Assembly (NCBI RefSeq): GCF_009914755.1
Contig: NC_060927.1
Reading direction: 5' to 3' (one strand)
DNA length: 64,000 bases
From: the human T2T-CHM13v2.0 reference genome, Homo sapiens
The translations under genes and the position numbers were made by a program. Below, one piece after another: positions 13,887 to 28,600 of the stretch (positions within the stretch are counted from its first letter, which is position 1; the number at the start of each line of letters is the position of its first letter). The notes below the pieces were generated by a model. It did no database searches, was not told the DNA's origin, and saw nothing but the letters and a program-made list of their open reading frames with translations.

Positions 13887-14368
13887 CATTAACCCCTGAC
13901 TGACTTCAGCTAGATCTTTTGGGTAACTTTCTGCAGCTTTCGCCTCAGCACTTGCTGCTTCACCTTGCACTTTTATGTTATAGAGATGGCTTCTTTCCTT
14001 AAACCTCATGAACCAATCTCTGCTAGCTTTCAGCTTTTCTTCTGCAGATTCCTTACCACAGAATTGAAGAGAGTTAGGGCCTTGCTCTGGATTAGACTTA
14101 GGCTTAAGGGAATGTTGTGGCTGGTTTGATCTTCTTTTTTTATATATATTTTATTTTATTATTATTATACTTTAAGTTTTAGGGTACGTGTGCACAACGT
14201 GCAGGTTTGTTACATATGTATACATGTGCCATGTTGGTGTGCTACACCCATTAACTCGTCATTTAACATTAGATATATCTCCTAATGCTATCCCTCCCCC
14301 ATCCCCGCACCCCACAACAGTCCCGGGTGTGTGATGTTCCCCTTCCTGTGTCCATGTGTTCTTATTGT

Positions 14369-18192
<3,824 letters not shown>

Positions 18193-18255
18193 TATGATGT
18201 TAGCTGGTTATTTTGCTCGTTAGTTGATGCAGTTTCTTCCTAGCCTCGATGGTCT

Positions 18256-19273
18256 TTACAATTTGGCATGATTTTGCAGTGGCTGGTACCGGTTGTTCCT
18301 TTCCATGTTTAGTGCTTCCTTCAGGAGCTCTTTTAGGGCAGGCCTGGTGGTGACAAAATCTCTCAGCATTTGCTTGTGTGTAAAGTATTTTATTTCTCCT
18401 TCACTTATGACGCTTAGTTTGGCTGGATATGAAATTCTGGATTGAAAATTCTTTTCTTTAAGAATGTTGAATATTGGCCCCCACTCTCTTCTGGCTTGTA
18501 GAGTTTCTGCCGAGAGATCCGTTGTTAGTCTTATGGGCTTCCCTTTGTGGGTAACCTGACCTTTCTCTCTGGCTGCCCTTAACATTTTTTCCTTCATTTC
18601 AAGTTTGGTGAATCTGACAATTATGTGTCTTGGAGTTGCTCTTCTCAAGGAGTATCTTTGTGGCGGTTCTCTGTATTTCCTGAATTTGAATGTTGGCCTG
18701 CCTTGCTAGATTGGGGAAGTTCTTCTGGATAATATCTTGCAGAGTGTTTTCCTATTTGGTTCCATTCTCCCCGTCAGTTTCAGGTACACCAATCAGATGT
18801 AAATTTGGTCTTTTCACATAGTCCCATATTTCTTGGAGGCTTTGTTCGTTTCTTTTTATTCTTTTTTCTCTATACTTCTCTTCCCACTTCATTTCATTCA
18901 TTTCCTTTTCCATTGCTGATACCCTTTCTTCCAGTTGATCACATCGGCTACTGAGGCTTGTGCATTTGTCACGTAGTTCTCGTGCCTTGGTTTTCAGCTC
19001 CATCAGGTCCTTTAAGGACTTCTCTGCATTGGTTGTTCTAGTTAGCCATTTGTCTGATTTTTTTTCAAGGTTTTTAACTTCTTTGCCATTGGTTCGAACT
19101 TCCTCCTTTAGCTCGGAATAGTTTGATCTTCTGAAGCCTTCTTCTCTCAACTCATCAAAGTCATTCTCCGTCCAGCTTTGTTCCATTGCTGGTGAGGAGC
19201 TGCGTTCCTTTGGAGGAGGAGAGGTGCTCTGATTTTTAGAGTTTCCATTTTTTCTGCTCTGTTTTTTCCCCAT
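18256..19273 (-). pseudogene. L1 ORF1 (RNA-binding), disrupted
   Basis: MGKKQSRK... with a premature stop at 18752 and a frameshift near 18665. The C-terminal piece ...ARREW...YPAKLS...LQNHAKL is intact. Confidence 0.95.
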
Positions 19274-19819
19274 CTTTGTGGTTTTATGTACCTTTGGTCA
19301 TTGATGATGGTGATGTACAGATGGGTTTTTGGGGTGGATGTCCTTTGTGTTTGTTAGTTTGCCTTCTAACAGTCAGGACCCTCAGCTGCATGTCTGTTGG
19401 AGTTTGCTGGAGGTCCACTCCAGACCCTGTTTGCCTGGGTATCAGCGGCGGTTGCTGCAGAACAGTGGATATCGGTGAACCGCAAATGCTGCTCCCTGAT
19501 CGTTCCTCTGGAAGTTTTGTCTCAGAGGAGTACCCGGCCGTGTGAGGTGTCAGTTTGCCCGTACTGGGGGGTGTCTCCCAGTTAGGCTACTCGGGGGTGA
19601 GGGACCCACTTGAGGAGGCAGTCTGCCCATTCTCAGATCTCAAGCTGTGTGCTGCGAGAACCACTACTCTCCTCAAAGCTGTCAGACAGGGACATTTAAG
19701 TCTGCAGAGGTTACTGCTGCCTTTTGTTTGTCTGTGCCCTGCCCCCAGAGGTGGAGCCTACAGAGGCAGTTTGAGCTTCCCGGCTGCTTTGTTTACCTAA
19801 TCAAACAACTAACTCAGCA

Positions 19820-20335
19820 GTGGTGGGCGCCCCTCCCCCAGCCTCGCTGCCACCTTGCAGTTTGATCTCAGACTGTTGTGCTAGCAATGAGCAAGGCTCC
19901 ATGGGCGTAGGATCCTCCGAGCCAGGTGCAGGATATAATCTCCTGGTGTGCCGTTTGTTAATCCCGTTGGAAAAGCGCAGTATTAGGGTGGGAGTGACCC
20001 GATTTTCCAGGTGCCATCTGTCACCCCTTTCTTTGACTAGGAAAGGGAATTCCCTGACCCCTTGTGCTTCCTGGGTGAAGCGATGCCTCACCCTGCTTCA
20101 GCTCATGCACGGTGCGCTGCACCCACTGTCCTGCACCTGCTGTCTGGCACTCCCCAGTGAGATGAACCTGGTACCTCAGTTGGAAATGCAGAAATCACCT
20201 GTCTTCTGTGTCGCTCATGCTGGGAGCTGTAGACTGGAGCTGTTCCTATTCAGCCGTCTTGGCTCCACCTCGGCTGGTTTGATCTTCTATACAGACCACA
20301 AAAACTTTCTCCATATCAGCAATGAGGCTGTTTAA
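19820..20335 (+). pseudogene. L1 antisense ORF0 frame; start ATG changed to GTG; reads through into flank
   Basis: Translation xGAPPPASLPPCSLISDCCASN...IRVGVTRFSRC matches primate L1 ORF0. Confidence 0.8.
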
Positions 20336-21589
20336 TCTTCTTATCATTCATATGTTCACTGGAGTAGCACTTTTAATTTCCTTCAATAACTTTTCCTTTG
20401 CAATCACAACTTGGTTAACTGTTTGGTGCAAGAGGCCTAGTTTTCAGCCGATCTCAGCTTTTGACATATCTTCTTCATTTTGGACATATCTTCAAACTTA
20501 GCAATTTCTAGCTTTTGATTTAAAGTGAGACATACCACTCTTCCTTTTACCTTGAACACTGGCCTAATTTCAATATTGTAGGGTCATTAACTGGCCTAAT
20601 TTCAATATTGTTGTATTTCAGAGAATAGGGAGGCACAAGGAGGAGAGAGACAAGGGAATGGCCAGGCGGTGGAGCAGTCAGAACATACACATTTATTGAG
20701 ATTAATTAAGTTTGCCTTCCTATATGGGCATGGTTCATGGTGCTCCAAAACAATTACAATAATAACATCAAAGATCACTGGTCACCATAAAGACATAATA
20801 ATAATAAAAAATGGAAATATTGCAAGAATTTTTAAGATATGACACAGAGACACTAAGTGAGCATATGATGTCGGAAAAGTGGTGCTCATAGACTTGCTTG
20901 ATGCGGGTCACTGTAAACCTTCAAGTTGTAAAAAAAAAAAAAAAATGCACTACCTGCTAAGTGCAATAAAGTGAAACACAATAAAATGGCAATTGTCCAT
21001 AGTAGTTAGGTCTCAGCTAGTTGCTAACAGAGTAATAGGAAGGTATATTGGAGGTTCCAGCTGAACTGCTGAGATATTATAAAATGGAGGTTCAATACCA
21101 ATGTTAGTGGTGAGGCTGTGCAGGGTGTGCATTTTTCAAAGGGACTCCTAGACAATTTGTTTCATGACTCTAAAAACCCCTCATCCTGGAGAGAGTTGGA
21201 GAAGAAATATTTTGGTGAAAGTTGCTGGAGTGGGGAGGTGGGAGGTGTCTGCTCCCACCTCAGGCTGGTGGGAAGGGTGTCAAGGCTTACTCAGCCCAGC
21301 AGGGTCATATGGCACCGAGCAGGGAGTTGTATTCTGCATTCTCAGGATTTGTGAGTGTTTCCCATGGACCAGATTGGGCCATGTACACAAGAACTGGCTG
21401 AGAGCCATTTGTTCTGCTGCCTAAGAGTTCTACATGGAAGGGGTCACTGAAACCAGCTATACCACATGTGGGATCCAGACCTCATCTCCTGGCCAGCCTT
21501 GGAGAATCATCTTTCTCTTTCCGAACACCTCTTCCCTCTTCTCTGTCAGGACTCTGGGCATAATCCTCTCAATAAGTCTGGGGGCAGAG

Positions 21590-22240
21590 CCTGCTAGTTG
21601 CCCCAAGGATCCATTCTGCCCTTATTCCACAGCAATAAGATTTGTAGCTGGGCACATAGCTGTATAGCTGGAGACTATATTTCTTAGCTTCCCTTGCAGC
21701 TGAGGGGTGACTTTATCACTAAGTTCTTATCAATGGATTCTGAGCAGAAGAGATGTGTGAGGGATTTGTTGGTAATTATTTAACAACCAGCTCTTCAGAG
21801 AAAATAAAGCCTTGACTGTAGTGTTTACGAGTTTCCATGGTGTCAGTGTTCTAGCCATGGCTGACTTCAAGCTACAAATGTGGATTGAGGAGAGATGTGC
21901 ACAGTCATCTCTTGGAGCCAGTGAGATCCAGCACACCACTGGGGCGGCTTCTGGCTCATGCCCTTTAAGGACCCAGGCTTGGGCCTAACATGCTCTTTAC
22001 CTGCTTCCTTCATGCTGGCTGTGATGCAGACATGGTAGAGAGCCATCTTGTGCCATGTGGAAGAGGGCAACATTCCAGGGATGGCAGACCAACAAGAGAA
22101 AGGGAGCTTGGGCCACAGTGACTATGGGGGCAGAGGGGCTATTTTGGTTCACAAATTTGCATGAGGGTAAAATAAACATCAATCTTATTTAAGTCATTTT
22201 GGTTTTAGGGTTTTCACCACAAATAGCTGAATGTCTGAAG
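21590..22240 (+). mobile_element. LTR16-type ERVL LTR, split by MER63
   Basis: actatatttcttagcttcccttgcagctgagg...taagttcttatcaatgg resembles LTR16. It resumes after 21942. Confidence 0.65.
21760..21942 (-). mobile_element. MER63A-like hAT MITE
   Basis: Ends in the TIR ccagcacaccactgg. Internal gatttc-like/ttcaagctac and agatgtgcacag match the recalled MER63A consensus. Confidence 0.8.
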
Positions 22241-22794
22241 TTTAATTCACCCAGGAGTCCATAAAAATAGAAAGAGAGGTTGCCATTCAGCAGCTTCTGC
22301 TTCCTGCCTGGCAGTACCCAACTCTCCTGAGGACTGGAGGGGCACCAGGTTCAGGGCCTAGTATGAGAGAGGGAGAGGAAAACATGGACTTTCTGTCTCA
22401 GTGGATCATGCTGTCCAAATTGTTGTAGTCCATCCCTCCAGGAGGCTGTGGGTTTCTAGTGAGACCCTGATGCCCAGAAGGCACATTTTGTCACACCCTA
22501 GACATCAGAGATGTGTGACAGGTCCAGATTTGGTTTCACTTTGGTTCATGGAGAGGCTTGATCTTTTCTTTGTGCTAGCAGCCCAGTTGCTGTCTGTCTT
22601 CTCAGCTTCTGCCTGGTCTCTGACTCAGTCTGCCATTTCCTCAGGGCATGGCATCCCACGTACATTGCTGATGATCACCCAGCCACCATGTGAGGTTCAA
22701 TGCCTGAGGACTATTCTTGCCACTGGACAGATGAGCAAACCAAAGCCCAGATAATCTATCTTGCTTGTGTAATCTCTTAATAGTCTAACTTCTT

Positions 22795-22905
22795 TAACTG
22801 GCTGTGGGCTCCGGGGAGGCAGGGATCATGTCTGGTGTGTTTGCTGTTGTAGCCTCAGTGCCCACCTCAGTGCCTACTTTGGGGCTGGCATTCAATGAAG
22901 GTTGA
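22795..22905 (+). mobile_element. L2 3' fragment
   Basis: tgggctccggggaggcagggatcatgtctg...cagtgcc. Confidence 0.6.
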
Positions 22906-22934
22906 TTCTCTTAATAAAAAGAATCCTTGTTACC

Positions 22935-22936
<2 letters not shown>

Positions 22937-22971
<35 letters not shown>
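22937..22971. repeat. Poly(T) tract (~35 nt)
   Basis: Direct inspection. Confidence 0.95.
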
Positions 22972-23044
22972 CCCAGAACTCAAGCAGAATTGTGGTTCTC
23001 AGCCTGGTGTACTTTCAAGTGCAAGAATTACTGGAAGCACATTG

Positions 23045-23274
23045 GAGATTTTGCCCCCCTCCTCCCCCAGGGGACTTGGGGCAATGTTCACTTGGGGCAA
23101 TGACACTTTCAATTGTCAAAACTGGGAAACAGGTGCTACTGGCATCTAGTAGTTAGAGGCCAAGAATGCTGCTAAACATCCTATAATGTACAGGATAGCC
23201 TCCTACAACAAAGGGAACTATGACAAAAATTATCCATTCCAAACATGAGTGGTGTAGAGGTTGAGAAACACTGG
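23045..23274 (+). mobile_element. MER20 (hAT-Charlie)
   Basis: gattttgcccccc...tgctactggcatctagt...agaggccaagaatgctgctaaacatcctataatg...gaggttgagaaacactg. Confidence 0.85.
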
Positions 23275-23759
23275 TATTAATAGAATTTGCAGCCTCTGGG
23301 GATGGAGAGTCCCTGCAAAAGTTGCAGTAGCAGAGGCAGCAGCAGGCTCTTCTGTGGCCAGAACCAGCCCTTTTCCTTCCTAAGGGGGTTTCTGCAAAGC
23401 TCAGATCACAGACAGGCCTTGCTGGGGCAATCTTTCTTAATGGGCTGTGGCTGACTTAGCTCCTGCTTCACGAAGTGTGTTGTAAGTCCTCCTGACTTAC
23501 TTAAAGCTGGTAGAAACGTTGTTGGCATGACATGCCTGCATGGCCATGTGAAAGATGCATCAAAAGGTAAAAAAACAAAACAACCCCACCCCCCTGAAAA
23601 CTACCTTCTCTTTGGCTTAATAATTTCTTTTCCAGGAATAAAGCCAAAGTAAATAATTGAAGAAATACATAGCAATTTATCTTGGGGATATTCAGGGCAA
23701 TGTTGTTTATAGTAGCAGTAAGTCAGTAGGGAATGCTACATTGTGATACACTCATATAA

Positions 23760-24236
23760 TGTGCATTGAGGGTTGCATTTAGCTTCAAGAAACCAAGAAT
23801 GTGACCAAAGGGGCTTTAACAGATGGATTAATTTATTGCAATAAGAAGTCCAGAAATAGATCATTTCAGGCTGATGCAGCAGCCCAAGAACATCATTAAG
23901 AACCCAGACTCCATCTAATTTTGTACTTTCATTCTTAAGGTTACAAGATGGCTTCCTCTGAAGGTATGACTTTAGCATGATGGAGGGGAGGAAAGAGGAA
24001 AAGGGCAAAAAGGCATGAGTCTATCCATTTTTATGAACTTTACCTGAAGACACACCCAGTGATATCTGCTTTCAGCTATCGGCCGCAACTGTTCCAGGGC
24101 TACTCCTAACTGCAAAGGAGTCTGGGAAAGTAAGAATTTTTGGCTTTCCAGATTCTTTAATAAGAAAGTTAGAGGAGTAGGAAGGAGGTCATAAAACCAA
24201 ATGCTGTCAAGTAGTCAATTTGTTGTATCTGCCACA
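23760..24236 (-). mobile_element. Old ERVL/MaLR LTR (LTR33-like) within L1ME debris
   Basis: ataagaagtccaga...ggttacaagatggct...ctaactgcaaaggagtctgggaaag...tctgccaca. Confidence 0.55.
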
Positions 24237-25034
24237 ACAAAGTAGACTTTAGAAATTGTTTGGTAACATGAAAATTTTCAGGCAATGTAAAGTTTGGCCA
24301 AAAAAAAAAAAAGATTCAAAAGCATAGCCACAATATTATTTTAATTTTCAAAACAAAATGATATTTTTACATTTGTTACAGAAAAAATCTGGGAGAAAAC
24401 CTACTTGTGAGGGTGACTCTGGGATTTTTAAGTTCTTTCTCTCTCCCTCTACTTTTTAACATGACCTTTTAAAATAAGTTTTGTTTTTCAAACCCCAAAC
24501 TGGCTAATCTTTACCAAAACACTGAAGGCCAGACCCCTTCCTAGACTCAGGGCTTCCTAGATGCTGTGCTTTGATGTGGTGGCCCAGGGCACCATCATTC
24601 CCCAGAGCTAGGGCTGATCTGGGGGTATAGCAGTCCCCACCGCCTTGTTCCTTAGGCTGCTCCTGAGAGCTGTCTCGTGGAACTTCACTCCTGTGCCTGT
24701 TTCAGTAGGACTGATGTGCTCCTACCAAGGGATCTCACACTAAGCTGTTATCAGTCACTCTACCAAGTGGGAGTGAGATTCCTGTGTCAAAAGTAGAGAC
24801 CTTTGACCCTGGAAGTAGAGAGTAAGCTGAGGCAGAATCTCCAAGGCAGATAAAGAAATTTAATGACTGGAAATGAGGAAAGCAAGCAGGTGACGGGTTG
24901 TCCTTCTGGCCTTGTCTGGGGTTGCCTTGACCTAAATGAATGGAGGGAGTGGTAGGCAGGGGCGGTGGGTGGGTACCATCTCCAGGGTTGGGAGGCCTGG
25001 GTCTGTCACCTCACCTCTCTGATCCTTAGTATAA

Positions 25035-25620
25035 TAGCAGACAAATCGGTCACCTTCATTGAGCACATCTACATGTTAAGTTCTCAGCACTCATTGAATA
25101 CTCCCAGCACCCCCATGAAGAGGGTGCTCTTATGATTACGATGTCACAGATAAACTTCATGAGGCAGCAGAAAATGGCTGCCCTGAGGTTTGCTGCCTGT
25201 GTTCAGGCTCTTCCCTCATGAGCAGTATGACTTGGAAAGTTATCTAAGTGCTCTGTGCCTCAGTCTCCTCTCTAAAATGGAGATAATAATAGAGTCTACA
25301 TTATGGGATTGTTATGAGGAATAGTTGAATTAATGCGTGTAAAAAGCCCAGCACTGGGTCTGGCAAATCAAGTCAATAAAATGTCAAGTTCTATGAATAT
25401 TAGAATTTTGTGCAGATCAAAAGAAATAAAGTACATCAAATGACAGATACATAGAATGTGTACAATAAATGTGTCTACCTCATATGCCTCGCACCTGCTT
25501 CGTTCACTCCTGTGATAGATAGATGAGGAACTAAGGCCTGGAGAATAAAAAGGGACTTTCCAAGGTCACACAGTGAGAGTGGGGCAAATCTAGGTTCTAA
25601 AAACGAGTTTCCTGCCTTCT
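25035..25620. mobile_element. Cluster of MIR fragments (-, +, -)
   Basis: Plus-strand MIR at 25160-25390 (tctgtgcctcagtctcctc...taaaatggagataataata). Minus-strand cores at about 25040-25155 and 25515-25620. Confidence 0.8.
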
Positions 25621-28600
25621 AGCAAAGAGCAGGATACACACAGCAAACTTCCCTGGGAAACTTAAAACAGGGAAAAATGGAAGTTGGCAAAGCACCTGGG
25701 GACAGGGGTCCTGTGCCACCCCAGGGTAGGAAATGAGCCTCAGGAAAGACTGAGAAGTCACCTGACACCACACCACATGGACCTCCTGTTTCTGTCCGCA
25801 GGGAGGGGCCACATGAGGCCTCCCCTCAACACCCCCTCAGCCTCAGGTAGCCCTTCCCTGGGGTCAGACTGGGTATGCCTGAGCCATCTCAGACCTGGTC
25901 TCTCCTGGAACGAAAGGAATGCTCCTTGCTGTACTTGGGTTCCCTGAATAGTCACTGACTTTCGTTCTCCACATCCTGCTTTCTCAGGCTCAGCCCGGGC
26001 TGGCTGTCATGTGTCAGCTTGGATGACAGACAGCTCCAGAGCCCCACCACCTGGCCTTTCTCAGTAGCCTGGCCAGGAAACCAGATGTAAGGTGAAATTC
26101 AGCAGCCACTGACATCAAAGGCACCAAACTGATGTCACAGCTCCTGGGCCACTGGGGATCATTTGTTGACAGGATGACTTTGTAGGGAGACAACTCTGGG
26201 AAAGCCTGGTCTTCCCCCAGCCCCAGTCCCTGTCCTCACCCAGGGCTGATGGCCACAATATCAACTTTCTCTTGGAGGGCATGCAGCTACATGGTGTGTG
26301 GTTTCAGGACTGCTACACACAGTACACCGTGCAGAGTTGCTGGGCAGTCCCTGAGGTTAGCTAGGCCAGGCCCAAGATGCTTCTGGGTTGGTGAATGGCA
26401 ATAAATGTGGTGTGAGACTGTTTTGAGCATTTTGTAAAGCTGATTAGAAAGCCAATGCTTTGCTAAAATGAGGAGTACCAGGTTATCTAAGACAGTTTGG
26501 CATTTGGCTGAAATTGCACCAATTCTATGTGGTCCCAGAGGTTAGCCCATCCTAGTCAACAGTACTGATTGGCTTTGATGACATTAGAATTCCTAAAATA
26601 TAGGGGATAAAATAAGAGAAGTCCTTTATGGTGAGAAGGTGGTGACCCCCAGATTGCATCATCCCTGAGATTCTTTCTGCTTCTGAGATTCTAGTACTGA
26701 AATTGATTCTGAGTTCTGGGTGTTCAACCTGAGGTATACACAGGAGAGTGTAGGGTACTAGACAGTCAAGAGGTTAACCTGCCTTACCTGCCTGTGATAT
26801 TATCTACACCTGGAGATGTTTGGTTGAAAATCAGTAGATAATTTAAAACGTTATTTTTCTATGAAAACTTAATCCAAACTCTGCTTTCAATTGTTTGGAC
26901 ACCTTGTCATCCTTTTTGAATGCACTGGCCCTTTATCCTTTCTCTAACCCCTTCAGAATTACCCTGAAGAAAACATCTAGCTAATTCATATTAGACTTAA
27001 CCCAATGGAAAGAATTTCATTGGTAGAATTTCAGGCTCCTAGACCAAGGTGGGTGCAGACTAAGGGCGGTGGGGTGGTGGTCACCTCTAGCTGGGGAGAA
27101 GGTTGGATGTCCCTGGTAGGCCTTGGGGTGGGGGGAATTCTGGATGTTTGCTGATCCCCCATCCGGTGCTCTGAGGCTCAACCTTCCTCTTCTCTTAGGT
27201 GGTGAAAGGGAGATCCATTTTCCTAAGGGGGCTTTGGGGCCTGGTCAGTGTTCTCTATAAGGGTCCCCAGGAATTCTTCCACTCAGGCTGGACTCAGTCA
27301 TCTGCCAAAGGCCAGGAGAGTTGGCTGGGTTCAGGCCCAGAGTTGCATCAACCCCGTCATACCTCTCTGATCTAGCTACTGACTGTCCCTGTGTCCCTCA
27401 TGGAGGGCAGGTCTCTCTTGGAAGGCAAGAGAGACAGAGGAAGGGCACTAGACCTGCTGCAGGGAGCTTGGGCAGGACTGACAGGGGACTCTTCATGCTT
27501 GTCTTCAAGGCTTTTCAGCATCGGGCTCTTTTCTGAGAGACAGAATGGCAGGTAGGCAGATGAGGAGCACTGGGGGCTGCCAAGGCCCTCCCCAGCTCTG
27601 CCATGCTGTACATCCACAATCTAAGGGCTGGGAACCTGAAGGCAGTTCTTGTAAAAGGAAAATGTGGAGTCTTCTCAGGGGCAGAGGGGCACTGTAGTTT
27701 AGAATACAAGTCCAAGCCTTTCCTGCTTGGCAAGGGCTGTCTAGTGTATCTTACATCCTTCCATCTAAGACAGTTTTGCATTTGGCTGAAATTGCCCCAA
27801 TTCTACATGGTCTGCATTTTTTTCTGGAAACCCTATAGGGAGAAGAATGAGAGAACAGGGAGTAGAAAAGAGAGAGTGGGTGAGAGTGGCTGCCACCAGA
27901 ACAGGAAGGGCTTGGACTTGTGTTGATGCTGTTTGCCAGCCCAGAGAGCACAACCTAGGTGTGCTGGCCAATGGCTGGAGCCTGGAGACTTGAGAAAATA
28001 TTAATATCTGACTAAGGAATGGGCTCTTTCTTCTCCCACTCCTAAGTCATGCTTCTGCCCCAGAACTCTGCCTATGGGCCTCAGACAGGGCACTGAGGTG
28101 TATCCCAGCCTTCTCTACAGCCCTAGCCATAGCCAATGGGAGCTGACAAGCAGCCTAAAAACACACAGCAGCCTGACGCCCCACTAATCTCCGCATCATC
28201 TGTGGGTGAATGTTTCCAACAGAGGTGGAGGAGATGATAAAAGGAGCAGTGTTTCTGCATGCAGCACTTCTATTGAAGCATGTTTGCATGGCAATTTGCA
28301 TCAGCACATTTTTAATATCCATAAACCCATGCCGGCAAGGATGGGAGCAGCCTTGTGCCAAAACTTCAGGCTTTGCAAATGTCTGGACTTAGGAGGGAGC
28401 GGCCAGTAAGCAGGCAGGAGGCTGTCTTACTGGCTGGATTCCTCCAGCATGCAGTGTCCACACCACATGCCCTTCTGGGGTTTCCTGAAGCCTCTGGCCC
28501 AGCTCCTCAGAGTTGCCACATCTAGGCAAACCCCTATCCAAATAGCTACTCTTGCAGTTTGGTCTCAGAAAGCATGCATGTTTCCTTAGGGCAAAGTTGT

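Noticed and set aside
22937-22971. Poly(T) as the tail of a processed pseudogene
   Set aside because: No adjoining retrocopy body or convincing TSD. The neighbours are L2 and MER fragments.
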